Assembly (NCBI GenBank): GCA_016184315.1
Contig: JACPCU010000011.1
Location: 24,161 to 88,160, forward strand
Length of the DNA: 64,000 nt
Source: Nitrososphaerota archaeon
GTDB lineage: Archaea; Thermoproteota; Nitrososphaeria; Nitrososphaerales; JACQRY01
Direction of reading: 5' to 3'
A model generated the notes under the pieces. It did not search any database. It saw only the letters and a list, made by a program, of their open reading frames with translations, and was not told where the DNA came from. Positions within the stretch are counted from its first letter, which is position 1, and the number at the start of each line of letters is the position of its first letter. The translations under genes and the position numbers were made by a program. This document shows positions 17,784 through 28,752 of the stretch, one piece after another.

Positions 17784-18611
17784 CTACAGATTGGAGAATA
17801 TCCCTATGATCACCGGAACATCTGCTCCTGCATGGAACAGAATTGCTCCGAGCAGGCTCCGCGTCTTCTGAGTTAGAACCCCGAATGCCACCCCAAGGAA
17901 GAACGTTATGCCCAGAAACACGAAGATCTCGGGCGTGTAACGCACATCAACATGTGCCAGCGAGAAAACTACCGCTTGCAACGCATTGGCAGCCCTATGC
18001 CCGACGAAGCTCTCAAACCTCGGTAGAAGAAGCCCCCTAATCCAAACCTCTTCCCGCACGCCGTTCGAAAGCACAAACAACAAGATCCAATGCATCCACA
18101 ACAATACACGCTCAAAGCTCACATCTCTACCAGCAAAGAGACTCGTGGCACCCTGCACAGACGTAACAAGAAAAAACATGAACGCCGCCAACCCCAACAC
18201 AAGCCCCATCCTGAATCTTCCCTTCGCAACATAGATGGACGCCATGCTGCCGCCCGCGATTCTGGTCAAGGCGATTATGGGAATAATGACCAATATGGTG
18301 TTGAAGACCGTTGAAGCAACTACATCAGAAACTGTTGAACCCGACCACCAGTTAAATGCGACAACCACCTGCTGGAGCGCGCTCACAAAACCAGCCAAGA
18401 AAAAAGCAAAGGCAACATCAAAGTACTTTCTCAGATGATTCTTCCCGCGCAAAAACATTGCCGACAACAGGAACGCAACAGAAATCCCTAGGATGTACGC
18501 AGTCAGGAAATCTCTTGGCATAAAGACTCGGAAAGCGAAGATCGACAGACCACACATGAGAAAAAGCCCAAAAAAGCCCATACGGCGCAAGCTTTCTGTC
18601 ATTCCCACCAC
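17784..18611 (-). CDS. CPBP (CAAX protease/Abi) intramembrane metalloprotease
   Basis: REEVWIRG, FSLAH, HAGAD motifs in a TM protein. Confidence 0.85.
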   Translation of the reverse strand: MVGMTESLRRMGFFGLFLMCGLSIFAFRVFMPRDFLTAYILGISVAFLLSAMFLRGKNHLRKYFDVAFAFFLAGFVSALQQVVVAFNWWSGSTVSDVVASTVFNTILVIIPIIALTRIAGGSMASIYVAKGRFRMGLVLGLAAFMFFLVTSVQGATSLFAGRDVSFERVLLWMHWILLFVLSNGVREEVWIRGLLLPRFESFVGHRAANALQAVVFSLAHVDVRYTPEIFVFLGITFFLGVAFGVLTQKTRSLLGAILFHAGADVPVIIGIFSNL

Positions 18612-18843
18612 GCGTCCCAGAATTGGCTAACACAGGCTATAAGCAATCCATTAATTCGATGACCACAAACTTTCAACCCAGCCAATGCGGCCCCTCCTGT
18701 TAAGATCAAGTAATCTACTCCCAAACCTACAGCGTCTCCAGATTACACCTGCCGCAAATACTCAATTCTCCGAAGGCAACAGAAATTCCCTGAACCCCAC
18801 TATCTTGATATGGTTCCGATCAAATGGAGAACCACGGCTTCCT

Positions 18844-20385
18844 ATGGGCACCTCTGACAATAGGAACGAAAAGAAGGAGCGTCCATGGTCCACCCGTCGT
18901 CTTGCCGGAATGCTTCTGGGCCCCGTACTGTTCGCCTTCATCTATGTCTCACCCCTTGACGGAGTTAACCCGGAAGCAAAGAACCTCGCAGCAGTCTTCG
19001 CTTGGGCTGTCACCTACTGGGTTGCTGAAGTCATACCCCCAGCCTTCACCGCACTTTTGTCCTCCGCCATGGCAATCTTGATCGGCGTCGCACCTGCCGA
19101 AACTGTTCTAGCATCCTACAGTGACCCCGTCATCTTCCTGTTTGTCGGCAGCTTCATCCTTGCAAAGGCCTTCCAGACCAGCGGCCTCGCCAAACGCTTC
19201 GCCATCGTCCTACTGAGCCAAAGCTGGGCTACACGTTCCCCTTTCCGTGTAATGGCGACCATCGGAGTAGTAACATGGTTCATCTCCCTCTGGGTCAGCA
19301 ACACCGCGACCACCGCTATGATGCTACCAGTAGGCATCGGTCTACTCGCAGCCATGGGCCCAGTAGGAGACCTCCGATACAGCAAGTTCCCCGTTGGACT
19401 GATGCTCATGCTCACTTGGGCTTCATCGGTAGCTGTAGGAACCCCGGTCGGCTCACCCCCGAACCTGATCGCCATAGGCATGATCCGCAGCCTTGCAGGG
19501 AGACAGATCACCTTCTTCGACTGGGCTGTCGTCATGATGCCTATCTCCATCATGATGCTTCTTCTCTGCTACGTCCTACTACGCTTATTCTACGGAGGCA
19601 AACCCCGCCAAGATGATCACCGAAGCCTCGCTGATGAAGCTGTTCATCAGGCAGGCAAGGGGATAGCTGAGTATGTCTCCGAACAGAGAAAGAATGTGGG
19701 GCCTTGGAGTCGAGCTGAAGTCAATGTCCTTCTCGTATTCATCTTCGCTGTCACGCTGTGGGTGCTCCCAGGAGTAATATCGACGCTTTATCCCGAACAG
19801 GCTATCGCAGTATTCTTCCAAGAGCGTTTCCCCGAGGTGGTGGTCGCGCTCATAGCTGCAGGTCTCTTGCTTCTTCTGCCCGTCGATCTGAAACGCGGCG
19901 TCTTTACGATTACAGGAGAACAGGCGATACGCATCGACTGGGGGACGATCCTATTCTTCGGCGGGGGCCTCGCCCTAGGTAGGCTCATGTTCGAGACAGG
20001 TCTTGCAAGAATAATCGGTGAGTTCCTAGTGAAAGTCTCAGGAGCGCAGAGCCTCTGGGCATTAACCGCCATCGCGATCGCGTTGGGAGTAGTGCTGTCA
20101 GAGACATCATCCAACACCGCCTCTGCCAGTATGGTGATCCCCATTCTGATAGGTGTATCCACAAGCATAGGAGTGAGCCCAATTCCCCCGGCTATGGGTG
20201 CAGCACTCGGAGCAAGCTTCGGGTTCATGCTACCCATATCTACGCCACCCAACGCAATCGCGTATGGATCTGGCATGATCCCTCTAAAGGAGATGATAAG
20301 GTCAGGCTTCGTTCTTGACGTCGTAGGTGTCATCGTCATTTGGGCCGGGTTGAGGGTGCTCTGCCCCCTCTTCGGTGTCATCTGA
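18844..20385 (+). CDS. DASS/SLC13 di-/tricarboxylate or sulfate transporter
   Basis: SLWVSNTATTAMMLP, GTPVGSPPN, SETSSNTASA, ISTPPNAIAYG. Confidence 0.9.
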   Translation: MGTSDNRNEKKERPWSTRRLAGMLLGPVLFAFIYVSPLDGVNPEAKNLAAVFAWAVTYWVAEVIPPAFTALLSSAMAILIGVAPAETVLASYSDPVIFLFVGSFILAKAFQTSGLAKRFAIVLLSQSWATRSPFRVMATIGVVTWFISLWVSNTATTAMMLPVGIGLLAAMGPVGDLRYSKFPVGLMLMLTWASSVAVGTPVGSPPNLIAIGMIRSLAGRQITFFDWAVVMMPISIMMLLLCYVLLRLFYGGKPRQDDHRSLADEAVHQAGKGIAEYVSEQRKNVGPWSRAEVNVLLVFIFAVTLWVLPGVISTLYPEQAIAVFFQERFPEVVVALIAAGLLLLLPVDLKRGVFTITGEQAIRIDWGTILFFGGGLALGRLMFETGLARIIGEFLVKVSGAQSLWALTAIAIALGVVLSETSSNTASASMVIPILIGVSTSIGVSPIPPAMGAALGASFGFMLPISTPPNAIAYGSGMIPLKEMIRSGFVLDVVGVIVIWAGLRVLCPLFGVI

Positions 20386-20493
20386 TGGTATTCATGGAAG
20401 GTTAAGCCTACTCGCGCATGCGTGAACCACTGGCATTAAGTCTCTCAAGTAACTATGTCTTGGAGATGTTCTGCGTGACGCCTGTTCTCTTTG

Positions 20494-20832
20494 CTAGTTT
20501 TGCGTTATGACTGACGCTATCTCGTCAGCTATGGCAAGTGGCGTATCGGCGGCTGCTGCAACCACCAATGTATCTCCTTGAACATAGAAGACGAAGAAGG
20601 CAATCTTATCCCGACGTATTATGCGGTCTCTTACTTTGCCGAGCTTATTATCCCATTTTTGGCTTATGGCAGATCTGATGGCTACCCCGAAGGTGAATTC
20701 CTGGAGTTCTTCGGGTGAAAGCAGGAGATTGATGCCCTCCCGTATCTCCCGTGCTTTGATTTCCCCCATCTTGTCGATAAGCAGGACTGCTCTGATTCTT
20801 TGATCCAGCTCTAGGACTCTAGATAATTCCAT
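20494..20832 (-). CDS. Roadblock/profilin-like small protein
   Basis: LDQRIRAVLLIDKMGEI...KWDNKLGKV pattern; start placed at the second Met. Confidence 0.55.
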   Translation of the reverse strand: MELSRVLELDQRIRAVLLIDKMGEIKAREIREGINLLLSPEELQEFTFGVAIRSAISQKWDNKLGKVRDRIIRRDKIAFFVFYVQGDTLVVAAAADTPLAIADEIASVITQN

Positions 20833-21094
20833 GTTGAATCCCACCGCTTCGTATTGGAGCGCAGCGTGAACCCGCTTCCAGTGGATGTCTTCTGTACGGT
20901 GCGCTGTTACTTTGCTTATGGCAGTCGGTGTGCAAGCCAATTCTCTCGGGACTATATTGTGAAGTTTCCAAGATTTATCAAACTGCGAGTCACATTGGAG
21001 ACAGACAGCTCTTAAGCATTATTCTGTTCTCAGAATAATCTGGTCAGGGGAAGGAGTTAACTGACGACATATCCATGCCGCATGCGAGCGTTAA

Positions 21095-22060
21095 GTGACC
21101 AAAGACGACGAGAAGCATCCCAGAACCGGCTACGCGTGGATAGCTTCAGCCGCGTTGATCTGGGGCTCCATAGGAATAATTGTAAGAATCATCCCGCTCT
21201 CCCCCCTCGCAACAGTCGCCTACAGAGTATGGTTCTCTCTTCCCCTTCTGCTGATACCGTGGCTGCGCCACAGGCGTATCTTAGATCTGCGAGACGGTGC
21301 CCATTCCAAGCTGCTGTTTGGGTCAGGCGTCCTCCAAGCTGTTGCTTGGACAGCTTTCTTCACCGCGTTCAAATACACAACGGTTGCAAACGCAGTTCTT
21401 CTATTATACACCGCTCCCATCATAGTAGCAATCTTAGCCCCATACATTCTACGCGAACCCAGACAACCAAGAGTGTATCTGCCCCTCTTACTCGCAACTC
21501 TAGGCACGATACTCATCTTCAGTAACGCAGGCCTAGGAGAACAGGTAGAGACACTAGGTGTCCTATCAGGCCTAACAGCAGGCTTCCTATTCGCCCTACT
21601 GATCATGGCGGATCGAAAACTCAGCCAAACATATACAAGCCAAAGCATAGTATCTGCCCAACTCATTTCCGCAGCAATCATACTAGCTCCCGCACCGTTC
21701 CTAGAGCAGACGACACCTAGTCTCACAGAAGCAGCGCTACTCGTCATCCTTGGCCTTGTGCACACAGGATTCGCCCTCTACCTGTACCTCAAAGGACTAC
21801 GCCTAACACCAGCTCAACACGCAGTGGTAATACAGTACTTGGAGCCTGCAAGCGCCATCTTCTACGCCGCCCTACTGCTATCTGAGCTGCCTGACACCAC
21901 CAGCCTACTCGGAGGAGGACTGATAGTCGCCGCGAATCTGATCCTGATAGCCAAAGGTAGACCAGCAAAGCATTACTCAGGTCTCAAGGCTAAGACTGCA
22001 CTAACGCAAAAAACTACTCAGATCTCTCAGCCAAGACCCGTCCGCCGGTACTGCCGGTAA
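21095..22060 (+). CDS. EamA/DMT-family transporter
   Basis: Ten TM; IWGS, TTVANAVLLLYTAP, YLEPASA. Confidence 0.9.
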   Translation: MTKDDEKHPRTGYAWIASAALIWGSIGIIVRIIPLSPLATVAYRVWFSLPLLLIPWLRHRRILDLRDGAHSKLLFGSGVLQAVAWTAFFTAFKYTTVANAVLLLYTAPIIVAILAPYILREPRQPRVYLPLLLATLGTILIFSNAGLGEQVETLGVLSGLTAGFLFALLIMADRKLSQTYTSQSIVSAQLISAAIILAPAPFLEQTTPSLTEAALLVILGLVHTGFALYLYLKGLRLTPAQHAVVIQYLEPASAIFYAALLLSELPDTTSLLGGGLIVAANLILIAKGRPAKHYSGLKAKTALTQKTTQISQPRPVRRYCR

Positions 22061-22416
22061 AGACTGTAAAACTTCTCGACTGTACGCCTATTCACGTGGC
22101 TACGATGGGGTCGAAGCCCGCCGCCGAACGCCTTAGGAATATGCAGCAACTCATGTATGAGGGTCTTCTCTTTGTCCTCTTCGCTCAACCGATCAAAACG
22201 CTCGCCAATAACCTCAATGACATAGGTTACTTGACTTGACACAACCCTCCTCCACAGCCTACTAAGCGCATGAATCCTAGCTACAGTGAATCGACTTGTA
22301 GAACCAGAGCTCCTCACAAACCTCACCCTCCCAAGGTCAACGTGGCTGAAACCTAGTGTCCCCACTATCTGCTTCGTCAAAGCCTCAATATCAGACGCCT
22401 CCTGATACTGAATCAC
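22027..22416 (-). CDS. Putative HExxH metallopeptidase
   Basis: YVIEVIGERF...TLIHELLHIP...GGLRPH. Confidence 0.75.
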   Translation of the reverse strand: MIQYQEASDIEALTKQIVGTLGFSHVDLGRVRFVRSSGSTSRFTVARIHALSRLWRRVVSSQVTYVIEVIGERFDRLSEEDKEKTLIHELLHIPKAFGGGLRPHRSHVNRRTVEKFYSLYRQYRRTGLG

Positions 22417-22508
22417 CCGTTTTCACCATACGCGGTTATGTTGACGGCGGATATCTACTGCCTTAAACATACGTAAACCACAAGCAGTTCCAGCTGCTGG
22501 TCTCTTAT

Positions 22509-23279
22509 TCACCGATACATATTGGACCCGCTGCTCTCAGGTCTCAGGAAGTCACGTCCCATTTCATTGCCCTTCTTGAGGGCTTCCTGCATCTCTCTGG
22601 CTGACGCATCAAGAGGAGCAGCATCTACCTCGAATCCAAGTATCTTGGATAGCACAAGAACCATGGCTTTGACCGCCTTCGGATGAGGCTTGGGCTCGCC
22701 ATGGTTGACTGAGATTCGATATCCTCTTATGTCATAGTTCTTAGCCATGGCTACGACGATTGAGCTGAAGTAGTAGGACGGCTCGTTCTCCAAGATCTTC
22801 ACCCCGACCTCCTTAAGGCGACTCACGGTTTCAGAGTCTGTTCCGAAGCCTAGGACTTCAGGCTGCTCCAAAGGAGAGATGGGAGGTTCGAGAAACCTTG
22901 CGCCTATCGAATAAACCTCTTTGCTTCCAAGGTCTTTCGCGTGCTCCAGAAGCATCTCTGAGAACTCGTAGGCATAGCTGATAGGGGATGCATCGCTTGT
23001 ATACAGAATCAGGTCCCTGTTGCCTTTGTAATAGTAGCCCTGGCTCCTAGGGAGCTCTGCTGTGCCGTCAGGGTTCACTTTCACGGCCGCCGGCATAGTG
23101 CTGGAATAGAGGTTGGCGAAGTGCTTGAACCCAAGTTGCTTTACAAGATAATCTGCTAACTCACGGGCATGAGAGTACAGCAAAACGTAGCGTGGGTCAG
23201 ACGTAGATATTGCGACTATCATCGCAGGGTCCTTCAGTTCAGGTTTCTCAAGTATCTCCCAGTGTTTCCACAAAGCCAT
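22509..23279 (-). CDS. PAC2-family (proteasome assembly chaperone-like) protein
   Basis: PELKDPAMIV...LVKQLG...DLILYT...GSKEVYSIGA. Confidence 0.7.
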   Translation of the reverse strand: MALWKHWEILEKPELKDPAMIVAISTSDPRYVLLYSHARELADYLVKQLGFKHFANLYSSTMPAAVKVNPDGTAELPRSQGYYYKGNRDLILYTSDASPISYAYEFSEMLLEHAKDLGSKEVYSIGARFLEPPISPLEQPEVLGFGTDSETVSRLKEVGVKILENEPSYYFSSIVVAMAKNYDIRGYRISVNHGEPKPHPKAVKAMVLVLSKILGFEVDAAPLDASAREMQEALKKGNEMGRDFLRPESSGSNMYR

Positions 23280-23373
23280 GGTTCATCATCAAGGATACTA
23301 CTTATCTCTTCTGACTTCCGGCTAGTACACTATGCGAAGCTGTAGACGGCGTTTCAGGAAAAAAGCTTGGATG

Positions 23374-23595
23374 CTAAACCAAGTCTTCAAGATTCTTGAA
23401 GCTGGGCTGTTTCTGTTCGGGGGTTTCTTGCTTGGGTTTGCGCCTAATATACCACAGTCCATACAGTTTTCCGCATACTGAGCACTTTACCCCTGAATCT
23501 GTGTAGAACCTAACATCGCCTCCGCATGAACATGTTCCGAACACGCCCCTGTCCGCTAGAACTGCAACCTGTCTGATTATTCTTGGCCTAGCCAT
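23374..23595 (-). CDS. Small zinc-ribbon protein
   Basis: GTCSCGG...KCSVCGKLYG; start placed at MARPR. Confidence 0.6.
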   Translation of the reverse strand: MARPRIIRQVAVLADRGVFGTCSCGGDVRFYTDSGVKCSVCGKLYGLWYIRRKPKQETPEQKQPSFKNLEDLV

Positions 23596-23715
23596 ACGCA
23601 GCTCAAGATATGAGTATAACGCCGTTATATAACGGTTATGGTGTATAAGTCGAAAACCGATGAGAAAAGCCCAAGCTAATCCAACGGCAGCTGCAAACAC
23701 CGCTAGAACTATGAT

Positions 23716-25050
23716 CTAAGCTGGAGGCGGAAGAACGAAACCGTTCTTCATCAGAGACTGGGTCTCCTCACGGGCCCTCTTGATCGTGGCAAACGCCTTG
23801 TTGTAAAGCTCCTGCCTGCTCATCTTCTTCCGAGCCACACCCTCCTCGATAGCCTTCATACCCACGGCCACAGCCTCCCTAGGATACACCTCCCAGTCAT
23901 CCATAGTAGGAAGCAGATAGTTCTCCCTGAGTCCCTTGTCTTCAGCAACCTTTGCGAGCTCCATAGCCGCAGCAATGCACATCGTGTCCGTAATCGTCCT
24001 AGCCCTCACATCAAGTGTACCCCTGAAGATCCCTGGGAATCCAAGTGAGTTGTTGACCTGGTTCGGAAAGTCGGAGCGGCCAGTAGCAACAATCTTGGCG
24101 CCAGCTTCAGATGCCTCCCAAGGCCAGATCTCTGGTGTAGGATTCGCACAGGCAAACACAATAGCCTTATCAGCCATCTTGGAAACCCACTCCTTCTTGA
24201 TCACTCCAGGCCCCGTCTGAGACATGGCGATGAGCGCATCAGCTCCCCTCATCGCATCAGCTATTCCACCGCTCTTGCCCGCCGAATTTGTTGTCAAACA
24301 CATGTCCCACTTGTAGGGATCTTCTTTCTTGATATCAGCTCGACTAGGGTTAAGGATGCCCTTGCTGTCCACCATGAGAATATTCTTCTTGTTGAGGCCG
24401 GCAGCAACAAGAATCCTGGATATCGCGATGTTGGCGGCTCCAGCTCCGTTCATAGCCACTGTTACCTGATTGATCTTCTTTCCAGCAACCTTCAAAGCGT
24501 TGACGAAGCCAGCCGTCACCACTGCAGCCGTGCCCTGCTGGTCATCATGCCACACCGGTATCTCCATACTGCTCCTGAGCTTCTCAAGAATCCTGAAACA
24601 CTTAGGCTTCGCAATATCCTCCAGGTTTATGCCGCCGAAGGTTGGCTCAATCCACCTGCAAAGATTGATAATGTCCTCCTCATTCTTCGTGCCAAGGGCC
24701 AAGGGGACAGCGTCAACCCCTCCCAGATACTTGAATAGAAGCGCCTTACCTTCCATAACGGGGAGTCCTGCCTTCGCCCCAATGTCACCCAATCCCAAAA
24801 CCCTGGTTCCATCTGTAACTACTGCTACAGAATTAGCTCGGTTGGTGTATTCAAAAACGAGTTCCGCATCCTTGTTGATGGCCTTGCAAGGTTCGGCTAC
24901 CCCAGGAGTATACCACACTGCGAAATCGTCAACCGACTGTATCGCTGCCTTAGGGACGACCTCGATCTTCCCCTGATAGAACTTGTGGTATTTGGTCGCA
25001 ACCTGCGCCGGTTTCTTGGCCTTTTCTAAGAGTTCCTTTTCACTAGCCAA
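23716..25050 (-). CDS. NAD(P)-dependent malic enzyme (short prokaryotic type)
   Basis: YTPGVAEPC, VTDGTRVLGLGDIG, INLEDI, WHDDQQGTA, GAGAA, GRSDFPNQVNN. Confidence 0.95.
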   Translation of the reverse strand: MASEKELLEKAKKPAQVATKYHKFYQGKIEVVPKAAIQSVDDFAVWYTPGVAEPCKAINKDAELVFEYTNRANSVAVVTDGTRVLGLGDIGAKAGLPVMEGKALLFKYLGGVDAVPLALGTKNEEDIINLCRWIEPTFGGINLEDIAKPKCFRILEKLRSSMEIPVWHDDQQGTAAVVTAGFVNALKVAGKKINQVTVAMNGAGAANIAISRILVAAGLNKKNILMVDSKGILNPSRADIKKEDPYKWDMCLTTNSAGKSGGIADAMRGADALIAMSQTGPGVIKKEWVSKMADKAIVFACANPTPEIWPWEASEAGAKIVATGRSDFPNQVNNSLGFPGIFRGTLDVRARTITDTMCIAAAMELAKVAEDKGLRENYLLPTMDDWEVYPREAVAVGMKAIEEGVARKKMSRQELYNKAFATIKRAREETQSLMKNGFVLPPPA

Positions 25051-25160
25051 AGAGGATCAGAGGAACCTAACAAATTTGGCAGTATTTAAGTAAGTTGCAA
25101 AATTATTTCAAAAGAGGCTCCGAGTTTCGTGATTGTCGAGCATCAGGCTAAGCCCGAGCC

Positions 25161-26174
25161 CTAGACGGATCTGACCACTTTCAACATGTCTGTAAGACGA
25201 ATACTCATACCGTAGCGCTTCTCTTGGCTCTTCATGTGCAAGAACATCGAAATAAGGCCAGGAAGTTGACTGCGCAGAGTGAAGTTCCCCTGAATCTTGG
25301 CCTTAATGAATCTGAAGACATGCTCGTAGATCTTGAACTTCCTGAGCACCTCCAACCTGTAGTTTGGCAGGTCCTCTAAGTTCTCTATCAATAGATCCGC
25401 GCACTGGAGGCTGGGTATGATACCTTCTCCGAGAAGAGGATAAACCGATCCGATAGACTCGCCTACCCCCACCACCTTTCCCTCATAGAAGGGTTCACAC
25501 TGACTTGGAGGAGTGATCCGGACCGGCCTGCCGACCTTCTTTAAGACTTCACACTTGTTGTCTTTGATGAAACGGTTCAGCTCTTCGTTATGCGTCTTAT
25601 GGTAGTCGCCAGCACCTATGTGGGCACAGCCATTTTCAAGCGGGAAGTACCAGAAGTATCCGCTTAAGCCACTAAGAGGCTTGATGAAGAAATCATCGTA
25701 GGGACGCTCAGGCATCTTCACTTTGTATTGAACACACGGTATCATTATGTCCTGCTTTATCTTCGGAAGAAGCGGCCTGAGAAGACCTGTAGCGTCAACA
25801 ACCATGTCGAAATCTCCGTTCAGCGAATTCTGACCGATCGTCTTACCGAAGACCGTTTCAGTCCCCTTGGCCATCGCGATTATGAAAGCACGCTTATCGA
25901 AGGTACACAACCCTTTCAGCTTGATACCCATAGGGTCCTTGCCATCCCCCAGGTCCACAAGCATCTCCTTCCCGTCAAAAAGGACAAAGTCCTCAAAATT
26001 CAGGCCGCAGTCTTTCGCAAACTGGCTTATTCCATGCTTGCTGGTGCCCCACGCGCAAACAGCGTCAAACTTGTCCTCAGGCAGCCGGTCGAAACCCACT
26101 ACATTATGGAAATCACGGAGCCTTGATGTAAGGTACGAGCCTGCGACACCCATACCTACTACTGCTATCTTCAA
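25161..26174 (-). CDS. FAD-dependent oxidoreductase, geranylgeranyl-reductase-like
   Basis: IAVVGMGVAG, GYFWYFP, VGESIG...GEGI. Confidence 0.8.
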   Translation of the reverse strand: MKIAVVGMGVAGSYLTSRLRDFHNVVGFDRLPEDKFDAVCAWGTSKHGISQFAKDCGLNFEDFVLFDGKEMLVDLGDGKDPMGIKLKGLCTFDKRAFIIAMAKGTETVFGKTIGQNSLNGDFDMVVDATGLLRPLLPKIKQDIMIPCVQYKVKMPERPYDDFFIKPLSGLSGYFWYFPLENGCAHIGAGDYHKTHNEELNRFIKDNKCEVLKKVGRPVRITPPSQCEPFYEGKVVGVGESIGSVYPLLGEGIIPSLQCADLLIENLEDLPNYRLEVLRKFKIYEHVFRFIKAKIQGNFTLRSQLPGLISMFLHMKSQEKRYGMSIRLTDMLKVVRSV

Positions 26175-26284
26175 CCTCGCTCCAACTCCCCTATAACTTA
26201 CTGTTCAAAACCTTTAAAACTTTTTGAAATATGGCTTACTGTAAAAGAATTTAAATCAGAGTCCAAACCCGTGTTGATTCAGCC

Positions 26285-26644
26285 ATGAGTGCAGGTTTCG
26301 AGCTGATTCTCGCTCTTGCCGGGTTTGCTGCTGTGGCCGCGCTTCCCACCATCATCATACCTCTCATAATTGCTCCCAAGAGACCGTCGCCAGTGAAAAT
26401 GGCGCCCTTCGAATGCGGCCAAGTACCTGCAGGCGAAGGCAGAGTTCACTTCATGATGCAGTACTACGCCTATCTACTCATGTTCGTCGTATTCGATGTC
26501 ATCGCGATGTTCCTATACGCTTGGGGAGTATCATCAATAGGAGTCGGGATGCCCGCAACTCTAATAATTATCGCCTTTATGGCAATAATGTTCGTACCCA
26601 TGGGCTACGCTCTACATTTGGCTGCGAGGAGAGACATATGGTGA
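26285..26644 (+). CDS. nuoA: Complex I-like subunit A
   Basis: PFECG, YYAYLLMFVVFDV. Confidence 0.95.
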   Translation: MSAGFELILALAGFAAVAALPTIIIPLIIAPKRPSPVKMAPFECGQVPAGEGRVHFMMQYYAYLLMFVVFDVIAMFLYAWGVSSIGVGMPATLIIIAFMAIMFVPMGYALHLAARRDIW

Positions 26645-27177
26645 AATCCGGAGCACTCGCAATACTGGTCGGAAGACTTAACGATGTTCTCCAATACGCA
26701 GTAGGCGAGCCCCTCAACTACCTTGTCAACTGGGGAAGGATATACTCCCTATGGCCAGTCCACTTGGAGACTGCTTGCTGCAGCATAGAGTTCGGAGCAG
26801 CATCTGGCCCAAGATACGATTTGGAACGCTACGGCGTCTTGGAAGCTTTCGGCTCTCTAAGGCAGTGCGATTTGCTGATCGTGCAGGGAACAGTCAACCG
26901 CAAAGTTGCACCCCGAGTCAGGATGGTATATGACCAGATGCCGGATCCAAAATACGTCATCTCCATGGGCGCATGCTCTAACACGGGTGGTCTCTACTTC
27001 GACTCATACAATGTTCTGAAAGGAGTCGACAGCATAGTGCCTGTCGATGTGTACATACCTGGCTGCCCACCTAGGCCCGAGGCCATCATACAGGCTTTGA
27101 TAATGCTTCAGAACAAGATCAAGAAGCAGAAGTTCGCTCCCCCTGAGCTCAAGCAGATAGAAACCAAGGTTGCTTAG
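26638..27177 (+). CDS. nuoB: Complex I-like subunit B
   Basis: TACCSIE, MGAC, DVYIPGCPPRPEA; ATG at 26638. Confidence 0.95.
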   Translation: MVKSGALAILVGRLNDVLQYAVGEPLNYLVNWGRIYSLWPVHLETACCSIEFGAASGPRYDLERYGVLEAFGSLRQCDLLIVQGTVNRKVAPRVRMVYDQMPDPKYVISMGACSNTGGLYFDSYNVLKGVDSIVPVDVYIPGCPPRPEAIIQALIMLQNKIKKQKFAPPELKQIETKVA

Positions 27178-27179
27178 CG

Positions 27180-27659
27180 ATGTCTGCCCAATCATCCTTA
27201 GAGCAGTCCCTAGTTCAGCAACTGTCTTCCCAGTTCAAAGACTCAGTGAGGTCTTCAAGCTTCAAGGCTAAGAGATTCAAGATTACAGTAGATGAAACCA
27301 TCATCCTGAAAGTTGCCGAATATATTCGAGACCAGCTCGGCTTTGACCATGCTGCTTCAGTGACAGGAACAGACTTCCCAAAGGACGGCGTCATCGAAGT
27401 GGTTTACCACTTTACATCCTACTCAAAGGATGACCTCAGAAAGGTGGTCGGAGCGTTGGCTGTGAGGATCCCACGGGATTCGCCTAAGATCCCTTCTCTG
27501 ATCAACGTTTGGCCCAGTGTTGAATACCATGAACGTGAAACCTACGAGATGCTGGGTGTGACGTTTGAAGGGCATCCTAATCTTAAGCGACTTTTACTAC
27601 CTGAGGACTGGAGTGACATTCCTCCGCTGAGAAAGGACTTCACGCTTCCAGGCAGGTGA
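27180..27659 (+). CDS. nuoC: Complex I-like subunit C
   Basis: ERETYEMLGVTFEGHPNLKRLLLP...PLRKD. Confidence 0.95.
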   Translation: MSAQSSLEQSLVQQLSSQFKDSVRSSSFKAKRFKITVDETIILKVAEYIRDQLGFDHAASVTGTDFPKDGVIEVVYHFTSYSKDDLRKVVGALAVRIPRDSPKIPSLINVWPSVEYHERETYEMLGVTFEGHPNLKRLLLPEDWSDIPPLRKDFTLPGR

Positions 27660-27666
27660 ACACGAT

Positions 27667-28752
27667 ATGTCTACGATGACCCTGAGCGTAGGCCCGCAGC
27701 ACCCCGGTTCAGGCCACTTCAGGCTCATAATTACTGTCGACGGAGACATCATTGTGAAGGCCGAGCCTGATCCGGGCTACGTGCATAGGGGTGAAGAGAA
27801 GATGGCCGAAGTCCGGAACTACATCCAGAACATTCCGCACATAGAAAGACCATCTATCATAGATGCCAGTGGCATACTCTACCCGTATGTGCTCGCAGTT
27901 GAAGATCTGTTGGGTAAATCTGCTCCTGAAAGAGCACAGTATATCAGGATGATAATGGCTGAGCTAAACAGGATAACCAGCCACCTCTACTTTTTGAGCA
28001 TCTTCGGCATCTTCTTGGGCCACTCCACTATGTTCATGTGGCCAATGGGTGATCGTGAAGTTTTCATTGATCTGTCCCAGATGATCGGAGGGACAAGGAT
28101 CACCTTCTCGCATTTCGTCCCAGGCGGAGTTAGAAGCGATGCGCCTGACAGTTTCGCGGATAAAGCTGAGAAGACCTGCGACTATTTTGAGGGGAGGCTT
28201 AAAGAGTATGAGCGGATATTTGTCAACAATCCCCTGTGTCATCAGCGGACAGTCGGCGTCGGAGTTCTGACCAAAGAAGACGCGATCAAGCTAGGTGTTG
28301 TAGGACCTAGTCTAAGAGCCTCAGGTGTCAAGTCAGATACAAGGAGGGATGAGCCTTATGACGCCTACGACAAAGTAGATTTCGAAGTCCCTGTCTACAG
28401 TGAGGGAGACTCCTACGCAAGGCTACGAGTGCACTTCGATGAGATGAGGCAAAGTATGAGTATTATCAGGCAATGTATCAAACAGATGCCCAAGGGTCCA
28501 GTTAAACAGAAACTTCCTCCACAGCTTAGGCCACCCGCAGGAGAAGCCTATGCGCGGACTGAGGCTGCCCGGGGCGCCATGGCTTACTACATCGTTAGTG
28601 ACGGGGGGAACTATCCTTACAGACTGAAGATGAATGTGGCCTCGTTTAGGAATCTTATTGCCATCCCGTACCTCCTGAAGGGGGTACACCTAGCTGATAT
28701 GCCGACCGTGTATTGGGGCTTAGATTACTGGCCTGTGGAGGCTGACAAGTAG
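27667..28752 (+). CDS. nuoD: Complex I-like subunit D
   Basis: GPQHPG, GYVHRGEEK, AELNRI.SH; lacks NiFe CxxC motifs. Confidence 0.95.
   Translation: MSTMTLSVGPQHPGSGHFRLIITVDGDIIVKAEPDPGYVHRGEEKMAEVRNYIQNIPHIERPSIIDASGILYPYVLAVEDLLGKSAPERAQYIRMIMAELNRITSHLYFLSIFGIFLGHSTMFMWPMGDREVFIDLSQMIGGTRITFSHFVPGGVRSDAPDSFADKAEKTCDYFEGRLKEYERIFVNNPLCHQRTVGVGVLTKEDAIKLGVVGPSLRASGVKSDTRRDEPYDAYDKVDFEVPVYSEGDSYARLRVHFDEMRQSMSIIRQCIKQMPKGPVKQKLPPQLRPPAGEAYARTEAARGAMAYYIVSDGGNYPYRLKMNVASFRNLIAIPYLLKGVHLADMPTVYWGLDYWPVEADK

Noticed and set aside
19788-20381. Long antisense/overlapping ORFs (also 13705..14319, 24470..24976, 51089..51571 and many in nuo)
   Set aside because: They are shadows of well-supported genes on the opposite strand or in an alternate frame, with no motifs.
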